A stretch of 63,479 nucleotides of DNA, counting the filler, from Saprolegnia diclina VS20 (Eukaryota): the NCBI RefSeq assembly GCF_000281045.1. It is 4 parts of 2 records of this genome, joined end to end, with 100 filler letters (N's around TTAATTAATTAA, not from the genome) between each part and the next. Parts side by side here need not be neighbours in the genome. Positions count along the whole stretch, not along the records: positions 16,982 to 40,600 come from NW_008246129.1; 3 more parts are not named here. One strand, given 5' to 3'. The first letter of the stretch is position 1. Each line of letters starts with the position of its first letter. Below are positions 24,047 through 36,519 of this stretch, one piece after another. The notes beneath the pieces are model-generated. The model was not told the DNA's origin, ran no database searches, and saw only the letters and a list, made by a program, of their open reading frames with translations. The position numbers were made by a program, and so were the translations under genes.

Positions 24047-25869
24047 ATGGCCGCATCGCTCGACGAGATCGTGCACAACAGCCGCGCCGTGACGGACGGC
24101 CTCAAGAAGATGTACATCTCCAAGATTAAGCCGCTCGAGAAGAAGTACCTCTTCGACGAGTTCCACTCGCCATTGCTCAGCGAAGCCGACTTTGACGCCA
24201 AGCCCACGGTGCTCATGATCGGCCAGTACTCGGTCGGCAAGACGTCCTTCATCGAGTACCTTCTCGGCCAAAAGTTCCCCGGTGCGCGCGTTGGCCCCGA
24301 GCCCACGACCGACCGCTTCATGGCCGTCATGTACGGCGACGAGGAGCGCATCGTGCCAGGCAATGCGCTCGCCGTCTCACCGGATCTCCCGTATGGCGGC
24401 CTGAGCATGTTTGGTACGTCGTTTCTCAACAAGTTTGAAGCGTCGCAAGTGCCATGCAAGCAGCTCGAGCACATGACCGTCATCGACACGCCGGGTATCC
24501 TGTCGGGCGAGAAGCAGCGCATTTCGCGCGGCTACGACTTCGTGCAGGTCGCCAAGTGGTTCGCCGAGCGTGCCGACATGATCCTTCTCCTCTTCGATGC
24601 GCACAAGCTCGACATTTCGGACGAATTCCAGCGCGTCATTGAAGTCCTCAAGGGCCATGACGACAAGATCCGCTGCGTTCTCAACAAGTCGGACCAGATC
24701 GACCAGCAAAAGCTCATGCGCGTGTACGTATTGTGTGTATGCATGAGAATGATGCAGCACGCGAGGACGAGAAGGCCCCATTGCGCAGGGGTTTTGAGGC
24801 CTCCCAGAGGCCCCTGAAACCAAACCCGCTACGTCGTGGTGTGATTGCCGTCTATGTACGGGCGTTCGCACTGTGATCAGAGCGTGCTGCTTTCTTTTTG
24901 GGATTCTTGCTTGGTCTTTGAAAGCTAATGTTGGCGTTTGTGTAGGTACGGTGCACTCATGTGGTCCATGGGCAAGGTCATGAAAACTCCGGAAGTCATG
25001 CGTGTTTTTATCGGGTCCTTCTGGGACCAGCCACTACTCTTCAACGACAACGCTGCCCTCTTCGAGAAAGAGCGCAGTGACCTCATGAGCGAGCTCCGGA
25101 AGCTGCCGCACAACGCTGCGATCCGCAAGGTGAATGAGCTCGTTAAGCGTGTGCGCCTGGCCAAGGTTCACGCATACCTCATTGGCCACCTCCGCGACCA
25201 AATGCCCATGATGATTGGGAAGGACCGCAAGCAACAAGAGCTTATTGCGGCCTTGCCGCAGGTCTTCCGTGAGGTCCAGAAAAAGTACAACCTCCCGCCG
25301 GGTGATTTCCCCAGCCTCGAGGACTTTCAGAAGAAGCTCGAGGAGCGAAAGTTTGACAGCTTCAACAAGCTGCAGATCAAGATGATCCAGGACGTCGAAG
25401 AGCTCATGTCGCGTGATATTCCCAAGCTCGTACGCATATATGGGTACAAACGATGTACGATGAGCCACGTGTGTAGATGATGGCGCTGCCCAAGAAGGAC
25501 GGCACGAATGTTCGCACCGACTCTAGCGACTCGATCAACCCTTTCCTGTCCAAGACACTCGACTGGGTCGTCACACCTTTCAAGGAGGAATATGACGCCA
25601 TCTTCCGCACGCTGAGCGTCAACTCGATGGGCGAGGCCAGCGGTATGGCGTGTATGACGCCTCTGCTTGCCACGGGCTGCTCCCAGGAGCTGCTCAAGGT
25701 CATTTGGGATCTCGCCGACGTCGACAAGGACGGCTTCCTCGACAACGAGGAGTTTGCTCTTGCCATGTACCTCTGCCACCAAGTGAAGGACGCCAAGGAC
25801 ACAGGCTTCGAGCTTCCGAAGGAACTTACGGAGAACATGTACCCGCCAAGCCATCTCGGCCGCAAGTAG
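24047..25869 (+). CDS. EHD1: EH domain-containing protein (EHD/RME-1 dynamin-like ATPase)
   Basis: GQYSVGKT P-loop, GPEPTTDRF, DTPGILSGEKQR and LNKSD motifs, plus a C-terminal EH domain (IWDLADVDKDGFLDNEEFALAMYL). Introns 24724-24945 and ~25430-25476. Confidence 0.96.
24754..24890 (+). ncRNA. Candidate intronic structured RNA (C/D-like K-turn, snoRNA-like)
   Basis: Perfect 9-bp terminal stem GCAGCACGC/GCGTGCTGC enclosing AGGACGA...CAGA and two internal hairpins, inside an unusually long intron. Confidence 0.45.
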
Positions 25870-25972
25870 TCGGCGTAGCATTGATCTTCTCGTTCATATA
25901 TATCTCGTCGATCATGTTGTTTGCTCCTCTTGCACTGCACGACACGTGTAGCTTGGGACGGAGGTTGTATGG

Positions 25973-27749
25973 TTACGACGGCGCCGTCAGCAGAAATTCG
26001 TCCTGGGCAGCTTCGCGCAACTCGTCGTAGGTGAGTGCGCGTTCATCTTCGTCGAGAAGTCGCGCTCCCGAACTACTAGACGTCTCGGCCACAGGTAAGC
26101 TCGCAGGAGAAATCGCGTGCTTGGACTTTGGCTTGGCGGCGCTATGAGTGGCGGCTGGTGCTGGCGTAAGCTGCGCGATGACGCACTTTTCGATCGTTTC
26201 GAGGTACTCGAGCATGTTCGCGTCCGTAATGTCGGTAAGGCTACCGTGAGACGGCGTTTTTTGCTTATCGGTTGTTTGATGCAGGAGCGTAAAGATCGAG
26301 TGCACGGACGCCTTGATCCGCCCGAGACGCACGCACGTCTCGTCGAACTCGGTATCCATCTGGGTGTTGCGCTCGTCGATGGACCGCAGCTTGGCACTGA
26401 GCGCACGAAGGTGCGTCTTATCAAGGACGCTTGCGCCAAGTCCTTCCTGCTGCTTGTACGCTTCGAGCGCCGCGACCGTCCGATCCAACTCAATGCGCAC
26501 GTCGTCCACTTCTTTGTGGAGGCCTTCAACGTGCTTGAATTTTTTGAAGTTGTCTTCGTCCTTGCGCTGAATCTAGCTCAAAATGACAAGGTCCGTCCAC
26601 ACTGGGGCTGAAGGATTACTTCAAGTGTTAGCCTTTCGGCATCGGGGACGCCAGTCTCGGCAAAGATGTGCTCGAAGAGTTGTTGGTACTTGACAGCTTC
26701 GGCGCTCGAAGCGCTCGCCATCGCTTTATCGTACGCAATCTTCCATGACGAGAGTGCCGAGGCATGGTGCAGAGTCAGCTCCTGGTCAGGCGACAGCTGG
26801 CCGCTGACAATCTCGGCTTCGGGGGCCAACTCAATTGCCCGCGCGAGCTCCGCGGCCTCGTGGCTTGACGAGGCGATGAGCAGCTACAGGATTCGATGGA
26901 ATGGTGCTTCGCGCATAGATATGCAGAAGTTGCACGCACCCGAAGCTCGCGGAACTCTTTTTCATACGACTGCTGCTCTGCGTCGACGAGAGCTTGGAGT
27001 TCGTGCACTTCCTTATCAATCTGAACTTTGCCTGAGACGCTGCGAGCGAGCTCAGACGTCGCCGCTTCCTATCGATTCTATGCATTCCAGTACACACACC
27101 TCGCGATCCAACTTACGAGGCGCGCTTTGTACTCGAACGTTTCTCGCTCGAGTTTCTTGTAGATACCATCAAAAACGACCCGGTCGCGCCGGACCTTGTC
27201 AATTTGCTGGCGCAGGTGCTTGTTCACGGAGTCGACTTCGTTCTTCTTGACGAGTGATATCTCGAGCCGGTTCTACTCCCATGTCTATACATGTAGTAGA
27301 CTGTTTTGACCCATCCTCACCTCAAGGGCGCGGAGGCGACGCATAGCAGCGGCAGCTGACTCGAGCTTTTCGCTTTGCACGAACTCATCGCGGACGCGTT
27401 GTAACTCGTCATGGTGCCGACGGATCGCAGCCTCAAGCTTGACGATCGTGCGCTTCTCAACCTCGATCTTCTGCGTATATGACGTGCTCTGCTTCTGGAG
27501 GCGCTGGAGCTTTTCCTGCTTGGCCGCACCCATCATCGTCTTGGCCTCGCGCAGCTCGATCGCAAGCTCTTGCTTGAGGATCTGATTGCTTTCGTGGATC
27601 TGCCGAATCACCGCTCGCTGCTCCTGGACTGTGTATCGCTTTGTCGTTGTGTCGTCGGTGTCGAAGCGCAATCCCGACTCGTTTACTTCATCGTCATGCG
27701 TATCATCATCTTCATCGTACGACTTGGACACGCGACCATCAGCATCCAT
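25973..27749 (-). CDS. Outer dynein arm docking-complex subunit (ODA1/DC2, CCDC114/63-like coiled coil)
   Basis: Coiled-coil exons with LE|NRLEISLVKKNEVDSVNKHLRQQIDKVRRDRVVFDGIYKKLE and ITDANMLEYLETIE, resembling the DC2 family. Confidence 0.75.
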
Positions 27750-27869
27750 GCTTCGCTGCAAAAAGAGAATGACGACTGCTCAAGATATATTGAAACGACA
27801 AGACGAGGAATGTTTGAATCAGGCTCACACATTACAGTAAACGCCACACAGAAAGACGCGTGAACCCAA

Positions 27870-29009
27870 CTAACAAGGCGGCATTAGCCGAAGCACGTCA
27901 CCGGCGCGGAGACGCGTGGCCGGGTTTTTATCCAATAGGCCACGCAGAAGACTCTTGAGATCGTCCGAGACCGATTCCCAAACGGGTTGCGAGAACTCGA
28001 CAGGGCTGTGACACACGTTGTGGAGGATCTCGGCCTCGCTAAGCGATCCGCGCGGGTCGAATGGGTGGCAGCCCGAGAGCATGATGTACAGAATGCACCC
28101 GAGGGACCACATGTCCATCGCTGCCTCGACCTTCGCGTGCGGGGTGCTAAGCATTTCGGGCGACCAATACGACTTGGTACCGCTCTGCGGAATGCTCGAG
28201 AGCGTGATGGCGCGCTTTAGCGGCATTGAGCTGGCACGTGGGTTCGGGATAGTCGCGGATCCAAAGTCAATAATCTTGACGCGCGCGCTCTCGTCGTTGG
28301 CGATCATGATGTTGTCGGGCTTCAAGTCGCAGTGTACCATGCCGTGCGTGTGCATAAAGTCCAGAGCTGACGCAACCTGAGTGAGGATGCTTCGAGCAGC
28401 CTAAGTTTGCATTTTAGTCCTGCTAGCGACATCGACGTCAACGTACGCCATCGTGGAGCCGCTTGCGCTGTTGTACGTAATCAAAGAGCGTCATGCCGTC
28501 AACGAACTCTACGACGATGTAGTGGAAACCGTCGTGCGTGTAGTAATCGTTGAGCTCAACGATATTGGCGTGGCCGCCGGCCATTTTGACGCAGCTCAAA
28601 GCCGTGCGCTCACGCGTCGCCTCCTCGTAGCAGTCAGCAATCACCTATTCACAAACAATGCGTGAGATATTGATGAGACCCTGGACATCACCTTGACGGC
28701 AGACAACTTGTTGTTGTCCTTGTGAATGCACTGCATGACCATACCAAAGGCGCCAGAGCCGAGTGCGCGAGAGAACACAATGTCGTACTCGTCGTCAAAG
28801 ACCCGCGAGGATGTAATCGCTCCGTCATTTTGTGTAGGCGAGCTAGACACAAGCCACGTGGCGCCAGCAGTGGCTGCGACGCCTAGCAGAGGGAGGTAGT
28901 CGCACTGCTCCAGGCGGCAGGAGAAGCGCGGTGCCATCGCAAGGTTCCAGAAGCCGCGCTTCGTCGGTCGGTATCGGCGTCGGATCGTGGTGGCAGCGGC
29001 TCGAAACAT
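27870..29009 (-). CDS. Ser/Thr protein kinase (CAMK-like) with an Arg-rich N-terminal extension
   Basis: LGSGAFGMV, AVK, HCDLKPDN, DFG, YWSPE and DMWSLGCILYIMLSG motifs. Three exons. Confidence 0.92.
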
Positions 29010-30265
29010 CACTTTGTGGGCGACATCCACCTCTGCAGCGGCCGCGCCTGGCTCTCTTCCAGCTGGGTGCCGTCTTTCCAGTGGCGGTTCCATTCAGTTT
29101 TTATTCTGCTACTTTGAATTTTCACTCGGTAACTCTATGTTTGTGAGCTAAACCTACATTAAAATGATATTAAAAATGACGCTGTCGCCATGTCTATTTT
29201 ACACCAATCGGGGCGTCGCACCTGCTAGATTCCTCAAGGCGCGGATCTGATTGGCTACTGCGACGGCAAAATCACATTGAGCCTTGGCCAAGCACAAGCA
29301 GCAGCCACCGAGACCGCACCGAGACTGTAATTTCCTGTCGAATTTTTCGCAATTGCACGAGTGCACACCAAGGGTATATAAGAGATGCATCTCTTATATA
29401 CCCTTGTGCACACCTACCGGTACACTCTTACAATTGTAGCTCGCACATGTGTGTGTAGTAAGCCGTTGCTCTCGATTTACTGAAGACGTCAACACACTGT
29501 CCGGCAGTGAACTGAGGGCTACCTGTACTGTGACCATTGGTTGCGTTGTTAGCAGGCAGGAGATATCGACCGCATCCCTAACATCTTCCTCGTCGCAGGT
29601 AAGCTCACTCGTTAGCTCTCTTCGGGTATCCACACCAGCACAATAAGCATCGCGGGACGCAACCCCAAGCGTCGTTTCTTGGGTCTGCTGTGCGTCAGCG
29701 TAATGATCGTAAAAGTGATGTTCATGAGAGCTTCAAAAGCTCTTTCGGTCTATTATGCCAAGGTCTACAAAGCTGTCGACAATACAATAGGTCGATGCTG
29801 AGGATCATGTGCTGCTGCTGGGCGCGTCGAGTTCCTCGGCTTGATAGCGCAGGATCGACCGTGGTAGCGCGATGATGCTAAAAATGCTGTCGTTGAAGGC
29901 TTGGACCGCCGAGTACTTTGCACCTTCGCACGAAATGGCGATGATAGTCGTGATTTGTACCTTCTTGCTGAGCGGAAGATCGCGATCACGGATTTGGATG
30001 TCATCTTGAGAATATCTGGGTCGCCTTCATATTGGTGGGCGGCGAGCATTGGTCAAGGACAAATTGTCCTTGACCAATGCTTTTGAGTACGACGCATTCG
30101 AGAAGGCCAGAGGCTTACGTAGTGTGACAGGAAGGCGTGGCAGCCAAGGTGTACAACAAATACGAACGTTCACAGTGCTTGCGTTGGCGGTGTGAATGAG
30201 TGATGACGCTACTTTCTTTTCATGGCAATGCAATCCATTATAGTTGGTACGATTGGCGATATCGT

Positions 30266-31199
30266 TTACATGAAAAAATCATCGTCATCACCAGTGGCCA
30301 CGTTGCCCTCAGTGTCGGCAACAACCTGGACGTTGGTTTCGTGCTGCTTGCGGCGCTTGCTCTTGTGCTTGGCTTCAGCCAGCTTGCGCTTTGGCTGCTT
30401 CATCTTCTTGGACGCCGCAGTGTCGTCATCGTTGTCCTCATCCTTCGCGTTCTCCTAGATTATTTTAGATAACGGTATAGAGCGTTTGGCCCACTTCGTC
30501 GGATTCTGCCGCTGACGACTCCTTTGCGTCGCAGAAGCAGTAGTTGTCGAAATCGGCGTGTGACTTCTGTGCCTTGTACGCTTTGATCGCCGCCTCCTTC
30601 AACTCACCTTGCCTAGTCGCGTGTGTGTACACAACTCGTATGCAGTGATTCTCTGTACCGAGCAAGTTCGTCGTCAGAATGCTGTTTTTTGGTCTTCTCG
30701 GCGAAGAGGTTGATGTATTTTTCGCCCTTGGGGTAGTAAAAAATGTACTACATCGCAGCAGGAGTTATCAGCACCACGGAATCCACTTATTATACGATAC
30801 CATCATGTCTTTCTTCGCAGCCTCGTAAGCTTCCTCCAACGCCTTGGTCCGTGTAGCCGTGATCTGCGCCTTCAGTTTTTTCAGCGTGCGCATGACGCGT
30901 CGCCGGTCAAAGAACTTGACTTTTCTGTACTTGAGCGAGATTTCGCGCTCAGTCTCTTGCTGCAGCTTGGTTTCCACCTGCGCTTGGAGGTCGGCGAGCT
31001 CCTGCGTCTTGGCTGTGCGAATGTCCTCGGGCAGCGTCTATAATCGTTTAGGCATTGGAGAACGATGGAATCAATGACGTACGTCCTTCTTCAGAAGGCG
31101 CTCAAGATTGCGCAGCTTGTTCTTGAGCGACAGGGTCTTCTTCTTGGGCTTGGCGCCCGCCTTCTTTAAACGAAGGATCGTCCCTGCAGTCGGTGCCAT
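30266..31199 (-). CDS. EFG1: rRNA-processing protein Efg1
   Basis: LKNKLRNLERLLKK, KYRKVKFFDRRR and YIFYYPKGEKYINLF motifs, with an acidic DDDFFM C-terminus. Confidence 0.85.
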
Positions 31200-31610
31200 C
31201 TTGTTGCGTTTCCAGATTGATGGTTGGCGGAATAAATCTGTGGTCTTCGAAGTTCGGTATCGAAGTACGAAGCGTTTGGCGATGGGCTTCTGCGATCTTT
31301 TGCCAAGGCGTTGGTGGCCAAGGAAGTTGTCCCGCAAGATGAAAGTGGCGGCAAGAGGAATCGATTTTGCTCGCGAGCACCGATATGTCTTAATAGTTAT
31401 TACACGTGTATGACATGCAATCATAACCTTTGTACCCCATCTCCAGCATGAATGCTCCGGGCGATCGACAGTGTCTTTTCTCCAAGGTCAAGTCGCTTCA
31501 ATCAGTCTCAACCACCGCAGGGCCGCACGTTGCAGTCTAGAGATAGCTGCCATACGACAATTCAACAGGAATGCATCGTACTTGCAATGCAGGATACATT
31601 ACACGTTGGT

Positions 31611-31943
31611 TTACCGCTTCTTGAAGCCATACTTCTTCCGCTCATAGAAGAGATCGGTCTTGGAGCTGCCAACGTTGACAATCTTTGGGCAGCCGTCGCG
31701 ATCCTTCTCAAGTTGCGTGCACTCTCGACAATAGTACGCGTCTGAGATACCAGGCCCGCCGCAGATGACGCAGCGGCCTTGGTACGAGCCGTAGTTGCAC
31801 TCATCACAGACGCGCACAAGCGTCTGAGGCTTGACGTACGAGTCGCAGATGACGCACTTACCGTCATCCTTCTCGCAGAGGCGGCCGATTGCAATGCCGG
31901 GCTGCTTGCGGCACATGATGAGGTCGGGGTGGTGCTTGGCCAT
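31611..31943 (-). CDS. PHF5A: PHD finger-like splicing factor PHF5A/Rds3 (SF3b)
   Basis: 110 aa [25 protein letters not shown]...[14 protein letters not shown], near-invariant family sequence. Confidence 0.98.
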   Translation of the reverse strand: MAKHHPDLIMCRKQPGIAIGRLCEKDDGKCVICDSYVKPQTLVRVCDECNYGSYQGRCVICGGPGISDAYYCRECTQLEKDRDGCPKIVNVGSSKTDLFYERKKYGFKKR

Positions 31944-32524
31944 TGTTCGGATTTGCGCTGTGTGGTGTCAGCTAGGCAATACAGTATTTTACTACTATAT
32001 ATATAGTGTTGTGCATTGACGGACAGAACCAAATTGCTGTAATAAGCAGCATTATTTTATAATATCTTGTTTTCTCTATTTCTGTGGCTGGCTTGCAGGC
32101 TCCCGGCTAAAAATACTTGAAGCAGCTGCGGTCGTATCGCTGGCATTGAATAACTTGCTTTTTGTATCAGATGGCACAGGTTTTTTTTAAACAGACCGCG
32201 TGGGCTGCTTGAAAAATTCAAAACCAGCTGGGGCGCACACTTTCGGCTTTGATTGGCGGAGTATTTCTCGGGAGCCAATGAAATCACTATGCGGGGTAGG
32301 GGAGAACGCGGGGCGCAAAAAGAAGCAGCGCCTTTTAAGCCGCCGGTAGTATACTATATTCAACGTCAGTTCAAATTTCTCTTTGGCGGCGTCTATACTA
32401 TAGATAGACCCTGTGAAGCCGACGAGGTACTGGAACGGCATGCTGCCGACGAAGCTGGTCATCTCACGGGAATGATGCGATAGCTACGATATCCACCATT
32501 TACGCCCAAGAAGACACGATCAAG

Positions 32525-33205
32525 ATGGACTCGCCGCACTCGGCCAACGAAGTCTGGGGTGATATGCCCCCTGTCGTGAACAAGAAGAAGCGTCGTCTAC
32601 AGAAGAAGGCGCCCGGTGCTCCCAAGCGAGGCAAGTCGCCGTACATCCTCTTCTCGATGGACAAGCGTGAGGAGATCAAGGCGACAATGCCCCCGAACTC
32701 AAAGGTCACGGACGTCATGCGTGCCATTGCTGACGCGTGGAGCAAGATGTCGGAGGAAGAGAAGGCGCCATGGAAGCTCTCGGCCGAGTCGGACAAGCAG
32801 CGGTACGAGGAAGAGATGGCAACGTACGACGGTCCCCTCCGTGTGCCCAACAAGCGCGCCAAAAAGCACCCGAACGCTCCCAAGCGTGCGTCGTCGGCCT
32901 TCCTCTTCTACTCGCAAGTTATGCGCCCCCGCATCAAGGCTGAGCACGCTGACATGAAGAACACGGAGATTTCCAAGCAACTTGGCGAAGCGTGGGCAAA
33001 GGCCACGAAGGCCCAGAAGGCGCCCTTCGTCGAGAAGGAGAAGGAGGACCGTGCCCGCTACAAGCGTGAGATGGAAGAGTGGAACAGCAATAAGACGGAG
33101 CGAGAGTTCCAAGAAGCCCAAGCGCAGCAGTACAACCCGTCGCAGTACGGCTTTGATCACTTGGGCCACTTCCCGGCTGAAGAGTACCATGGCACGGATG
33201 TCTAA
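32525..33205 (+). CDS. HMGB-type protein with two HMG boxes
   Basis: PGAPKRGKSPYILF...AWSKMSEEEKAPW and PNAPKRASSAFLFY...LGEAW...KAPF motifs. Confidence 0.93.
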   Translation: MDSPHSANEVWGDMPPVVNKKKRRLQKKAPGAPKRGKSPYILFSMDKREEIKATMPPNSKVTDVMRAIADAWSKMSEEEKAPWKLSAESDKQRYEEEMATYDGPLRVPNKRAKKHPNAPKRASSAFLFYSQVMRPRIKAEHADMKNTEISKQLGEAWAKATKAQKAPFVEKEKEDRARYKREMEEWNSNKTEREFQEAQAQQYNPSQYGFDHLGHFPAEEYHGTDV

Positions 33206-33548
33206 ACGTGCTCCGGTAGCACACCCTCTTTTTGCACAGTGTAGTTTGTCATACATCATCCTCTCCCGAGTTACTCTATAAAATGCTGCATGTTCACCCT
33301 GCCTTTTCTCGTTGTTGTGAGTCTTTAGCTGAGTAGGGATAGTGCGCGTGTCCTCCCGCCGGACGCAGTTGTCTGATATACTTAAATACATCTGCCGCGT
33401 GGAGCCATTGCCCCATGGTGGAGCTCATGCTCATGCCGCGTGGGCGGTTGGAACGAATGCGATATCCACCGGATACGTTAACCGGCTGGATCGCATGCTT
33501 GCTATTTTTGCACCCAATTTCATTTTGGCGTCTCGAAGACTTGCGACG

Positions 33549-34392
33549 ATGGAAGCACTCATCGGTCAAGTCCATCTGCCGGCGGTAGCATTTGAATGAT
33601 GAACCAAGCTCGCGCTCACATACATGAGTTGCGTAGGACATCCAGAGCATGTCGGAGCGGGACTTCCTTGCAAAGACCAACGTCGAGCTCGCCTTTGTAG
33701 CCACCAGACCCCCCTTACGGGCATTCTAACTCCAATACCTGTAGGGCCTGACGCGCGACGAAGCCATTGCTCGGCGGCTTTTGCACGGCGTCAACCGCGT
33801 GACGCCACCCGTAAACTGTCCATCGTGGGTCTGCTGCCTGCTGCCATGTATTCTCCGGACAGAGACAATGCGACTATACACGGCCAACTGCCCGAAGGAG
33901 GTTACCGTCGTTCGCAGTGGCAAAAAGCTCTGCATGGACGCCGCCAGCCTCGTCTTTGGCGACGTTGTCATGTTTAAAGGTTCGTGGACATTCGAAGAAG
34001 TCAGCTCCATTCAAGGCAATGCGCATGTAGCTGGAGACGTCATCGCAGCCGACTGCAGACTCTTGGAATGCTCCGAAGATTTTACGGTGCGACCGACACG
34101 CCGATCCAGATTTATTGATATAGTCTAAACGTTATGGTAGGTGGAGATGAGTAGCCTGGCCAACGAACGCAACCCGCGGGTCGGCACCACCGAATGCACC
34201 GACAAGGATCAGGGCATATTGAGCCGCAACATGGTGTTCATGTCGACGACTATCATCAAAGGTGACGGCGTTGGCGTCGTCGTGGCCACAGGAGACAACA
34301 CCATCTGGGGCCAGCTCATCTCGAACAACACGTGGCCGGCGGACGCAGCACAGTCATCTGAGTCGGATCGCTTCATTGCGAATAAGGTCTAG
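33549..34392 (+). CDS. Stand-alone P-type ATPase N-terminal + actuator (A) domain protein
   Basis: Five in-frame exons with four GT-AG introns. GLTRDEAIARRLLHGVNRV, LVFGDVVMFK|AGDVIAADCRLLE, VEMSSLANE and NMVFMST...GVVVATGDNTIWGQL motifs, then a stop codon. No TM, P or N domains. Confidence 0.8.
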
Positions 34393-34486
34393 CAGCAAAT
34401 TTGCTTTACTACCTTATGAACGAGACAATCAACTATGTGTGTCGTGAATGTGTTCAGGTGGACAAATGACGTCGAAAATGCGAGGT

Positions 34487-35589
34487 TTATCGGCGGGCTG
34501 GAGCTGCGTTGCCTCCTTGACCTTGGGCTGCCGGCGCATCACCGCCTTGCAAGAGCACGATCAAGAGCGGCACAATGATGTACCACTACGAGGTGCAGAT
34601 CGCATAAGGAGGGACGTATGAACGACAGGGACTCACGTATTTGCGGAAAAAGCTCTGCTGCTCCTCGGGCTCGGGCTCGTTCTCGGAACGCACAGGGGCA
34701 ACTCCAGGAGGCGCAGCCACCTTTGTGGCGGTGATGACGATGCGCGGGACTCTAAGAGGCGAATGCCGTGAGTTTGATCGATCATGCCATGCCTCGTAGC
34801 CAAGTTTACTCAGGGCCATCCGTTGCGCCAAAGATGGCGCCAGTGCTGTAAAAGGTGGCCTCCTTGAGAACGCGCTACCAAGAAACTGATCTCAGCCGTA
34901 CAAGTATCCCTACCACGAACCTTAGCGACATCACTGCACGTCTTGCTGTCAACGAAGGGCGTTCGGAACTCAATCGAAATCAAGTGGCCGACTTCGTTCA
35001 CATGGAACGCTAGGTCCTCGCGGAAGCGCGCCTTGACTAGGTAGCACTATGGTGCAATATGAGAATCACGCAGCCATTGTCATAACGGAAACGCCGTACG
35101 GCAGGCACGGAAGCCACGACAAACGGCGACTTCGGGTTGCCTGGCTCGGAGCGGGCGCGAACCGTGTAAAACCCGTCTTGAGCCACCAGTTTCTAGGCAC
35201 ACATGACGATAGGTTGGAATGAATCATCAGGGCAAACCTGAAATGCGGACCGCTGCTGCTCGTTGAGCGTAAGTTTCGACGGGAAAATGGCCGTTGGTTT
35301 AGTCGGGGCAAAATCAATGTTGACATCACCGCGGGGCGAGAAGGTGCCGATCATACCATCTTTGGCGATGGAGTGCTCAAGGTCCAGCGTATACCCGCGC
35401 TTCGAGCGCACGGTCTCGATATTGAGCTCGACATCCTCAAAGTCGTTGCGGCTACGATTGAGACGTTCGCGCGCCGGTGTTATGGCATCAATCGTCGTAC
35501 CTCGACTTCTCCTGCTCGCGGGGGTCGCATACAGCGAGCTGGAGCAGACCAGCGAAGCACAGCGTCAGGAGTACGAGCGTCGTCTTCAT
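34487..35589 (-). CDS. EMC10: ER membrane protein complex subunit 10
   Basis: Signal peptide, LEHS...FSPRG, GFYTVR...VASVPA|C and the C-terminal [19 protein letters not shown] motif. Confidence 0.85.
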
Positions 35590-35793
35590 GCTTGCAGCCA
35601 CAAGAAGCTTGAATTGACGTCCCTTGAGCGTTGCTGCAGAGACGCACCTAATTCTCCATATTGGTGCGCTTTTCCGAGGCACATCTCGACCAAGTGCGCT
35701 GCTCTAAGTGCGGTGGTTCTTTTATGTGCCCGCTTGGCCAATGGTAATCTACGAAATTGCCATTCGCGAAGAAACCAACCGCGCAGCGTTAGC

Positions 35794-35970
35794 ATGGAAG
35801 ACAAGAACGGACCCGTCGTCGGCAAGTCGGGCAAGAAGATCTGCTGCTCCTGCCCCGAGACCAAGTCGGTGCGCGACCTCTGCGTTATCTCCAAGGGTGA
35901 AGAACACTGCGCCGACGTTATTGAAGCTCACAAGCAGTGTCTGCGTGCCGAAGGTTTTCGCATTAAGTAG
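35794..35970 (+). CDS. COX17: Cytochrome c oxidase copper chaperone COX17
   Basis: [16 protein letters not shown]...[15 protein letters not shown] (CCxC plus twin CX9C). Confidence 0.95.
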   Translation: MEDKNGPVVGKSGKKICCSCPETKSVRDLCVISKGEEHCADVIEAHKQCLRAEGFRIK

Positions 35971-36519
35971 GGACGACAAGCAAGCGAAATCTTTATGTAC
36001 TATCCTATCCTCGCTGTACGAGCATTGTGTTTAGTCTTGGCGCGCACTGCAAGCAATCGCATAAGACAACGTACATCATGGGGACAGGAGCCGGTTCGGA
36101 GCATAGTGACCGACATATTGCTATAACAAAACACACCCTGGACCACACCAACGGTGGTAGCTGCCCTAGCTGTGTGCATGACCAGATCGTTGGCGCCCAT
36201 AAGCACCAACAATTGTACAATTGTAGCTTTCCATCCGCATGTGATGTAGATCGTTCCGCGACTTCGCTTACCTTCGCACGGTTTCAACCACTTCAACCAA
36301 TGCCGGTAGCACCAGTTCGCAAGAACCGTCCGTAAAGAGCCCAAGTCCTTATCAACGGTGCTGGTGGTCCACGCCGAACTGAATCTCGGCAACGCGGAAA
36401 CAAGTTCGAGAAGGGTCGCACAGTTCATGTCGCCATCGTGGCTTCAGCGGAAGGCACAACGCTGCGTATCCGGATGGCTTGTTTTGGTGGCACGGTATCC
36501 GGGTATTTGAACGCAGGCC

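Noticed and set aside
24785..24875. TPP riboswitch or telomerase-template reading of the EHD intron RNA
   Set aside because: It has CTGAAA rather than CTGAGA, lacks the CCTGAT/AGGGA core, and the host gene is unrelated to thiamine. AAACCAAACCC does not template TTTAGGG or TTAGGG.
29200..30230. Short ORFs between the kinase and EFG1
   Set aside because: No recognisable motifs or codon bias, and no spliced model could be built.
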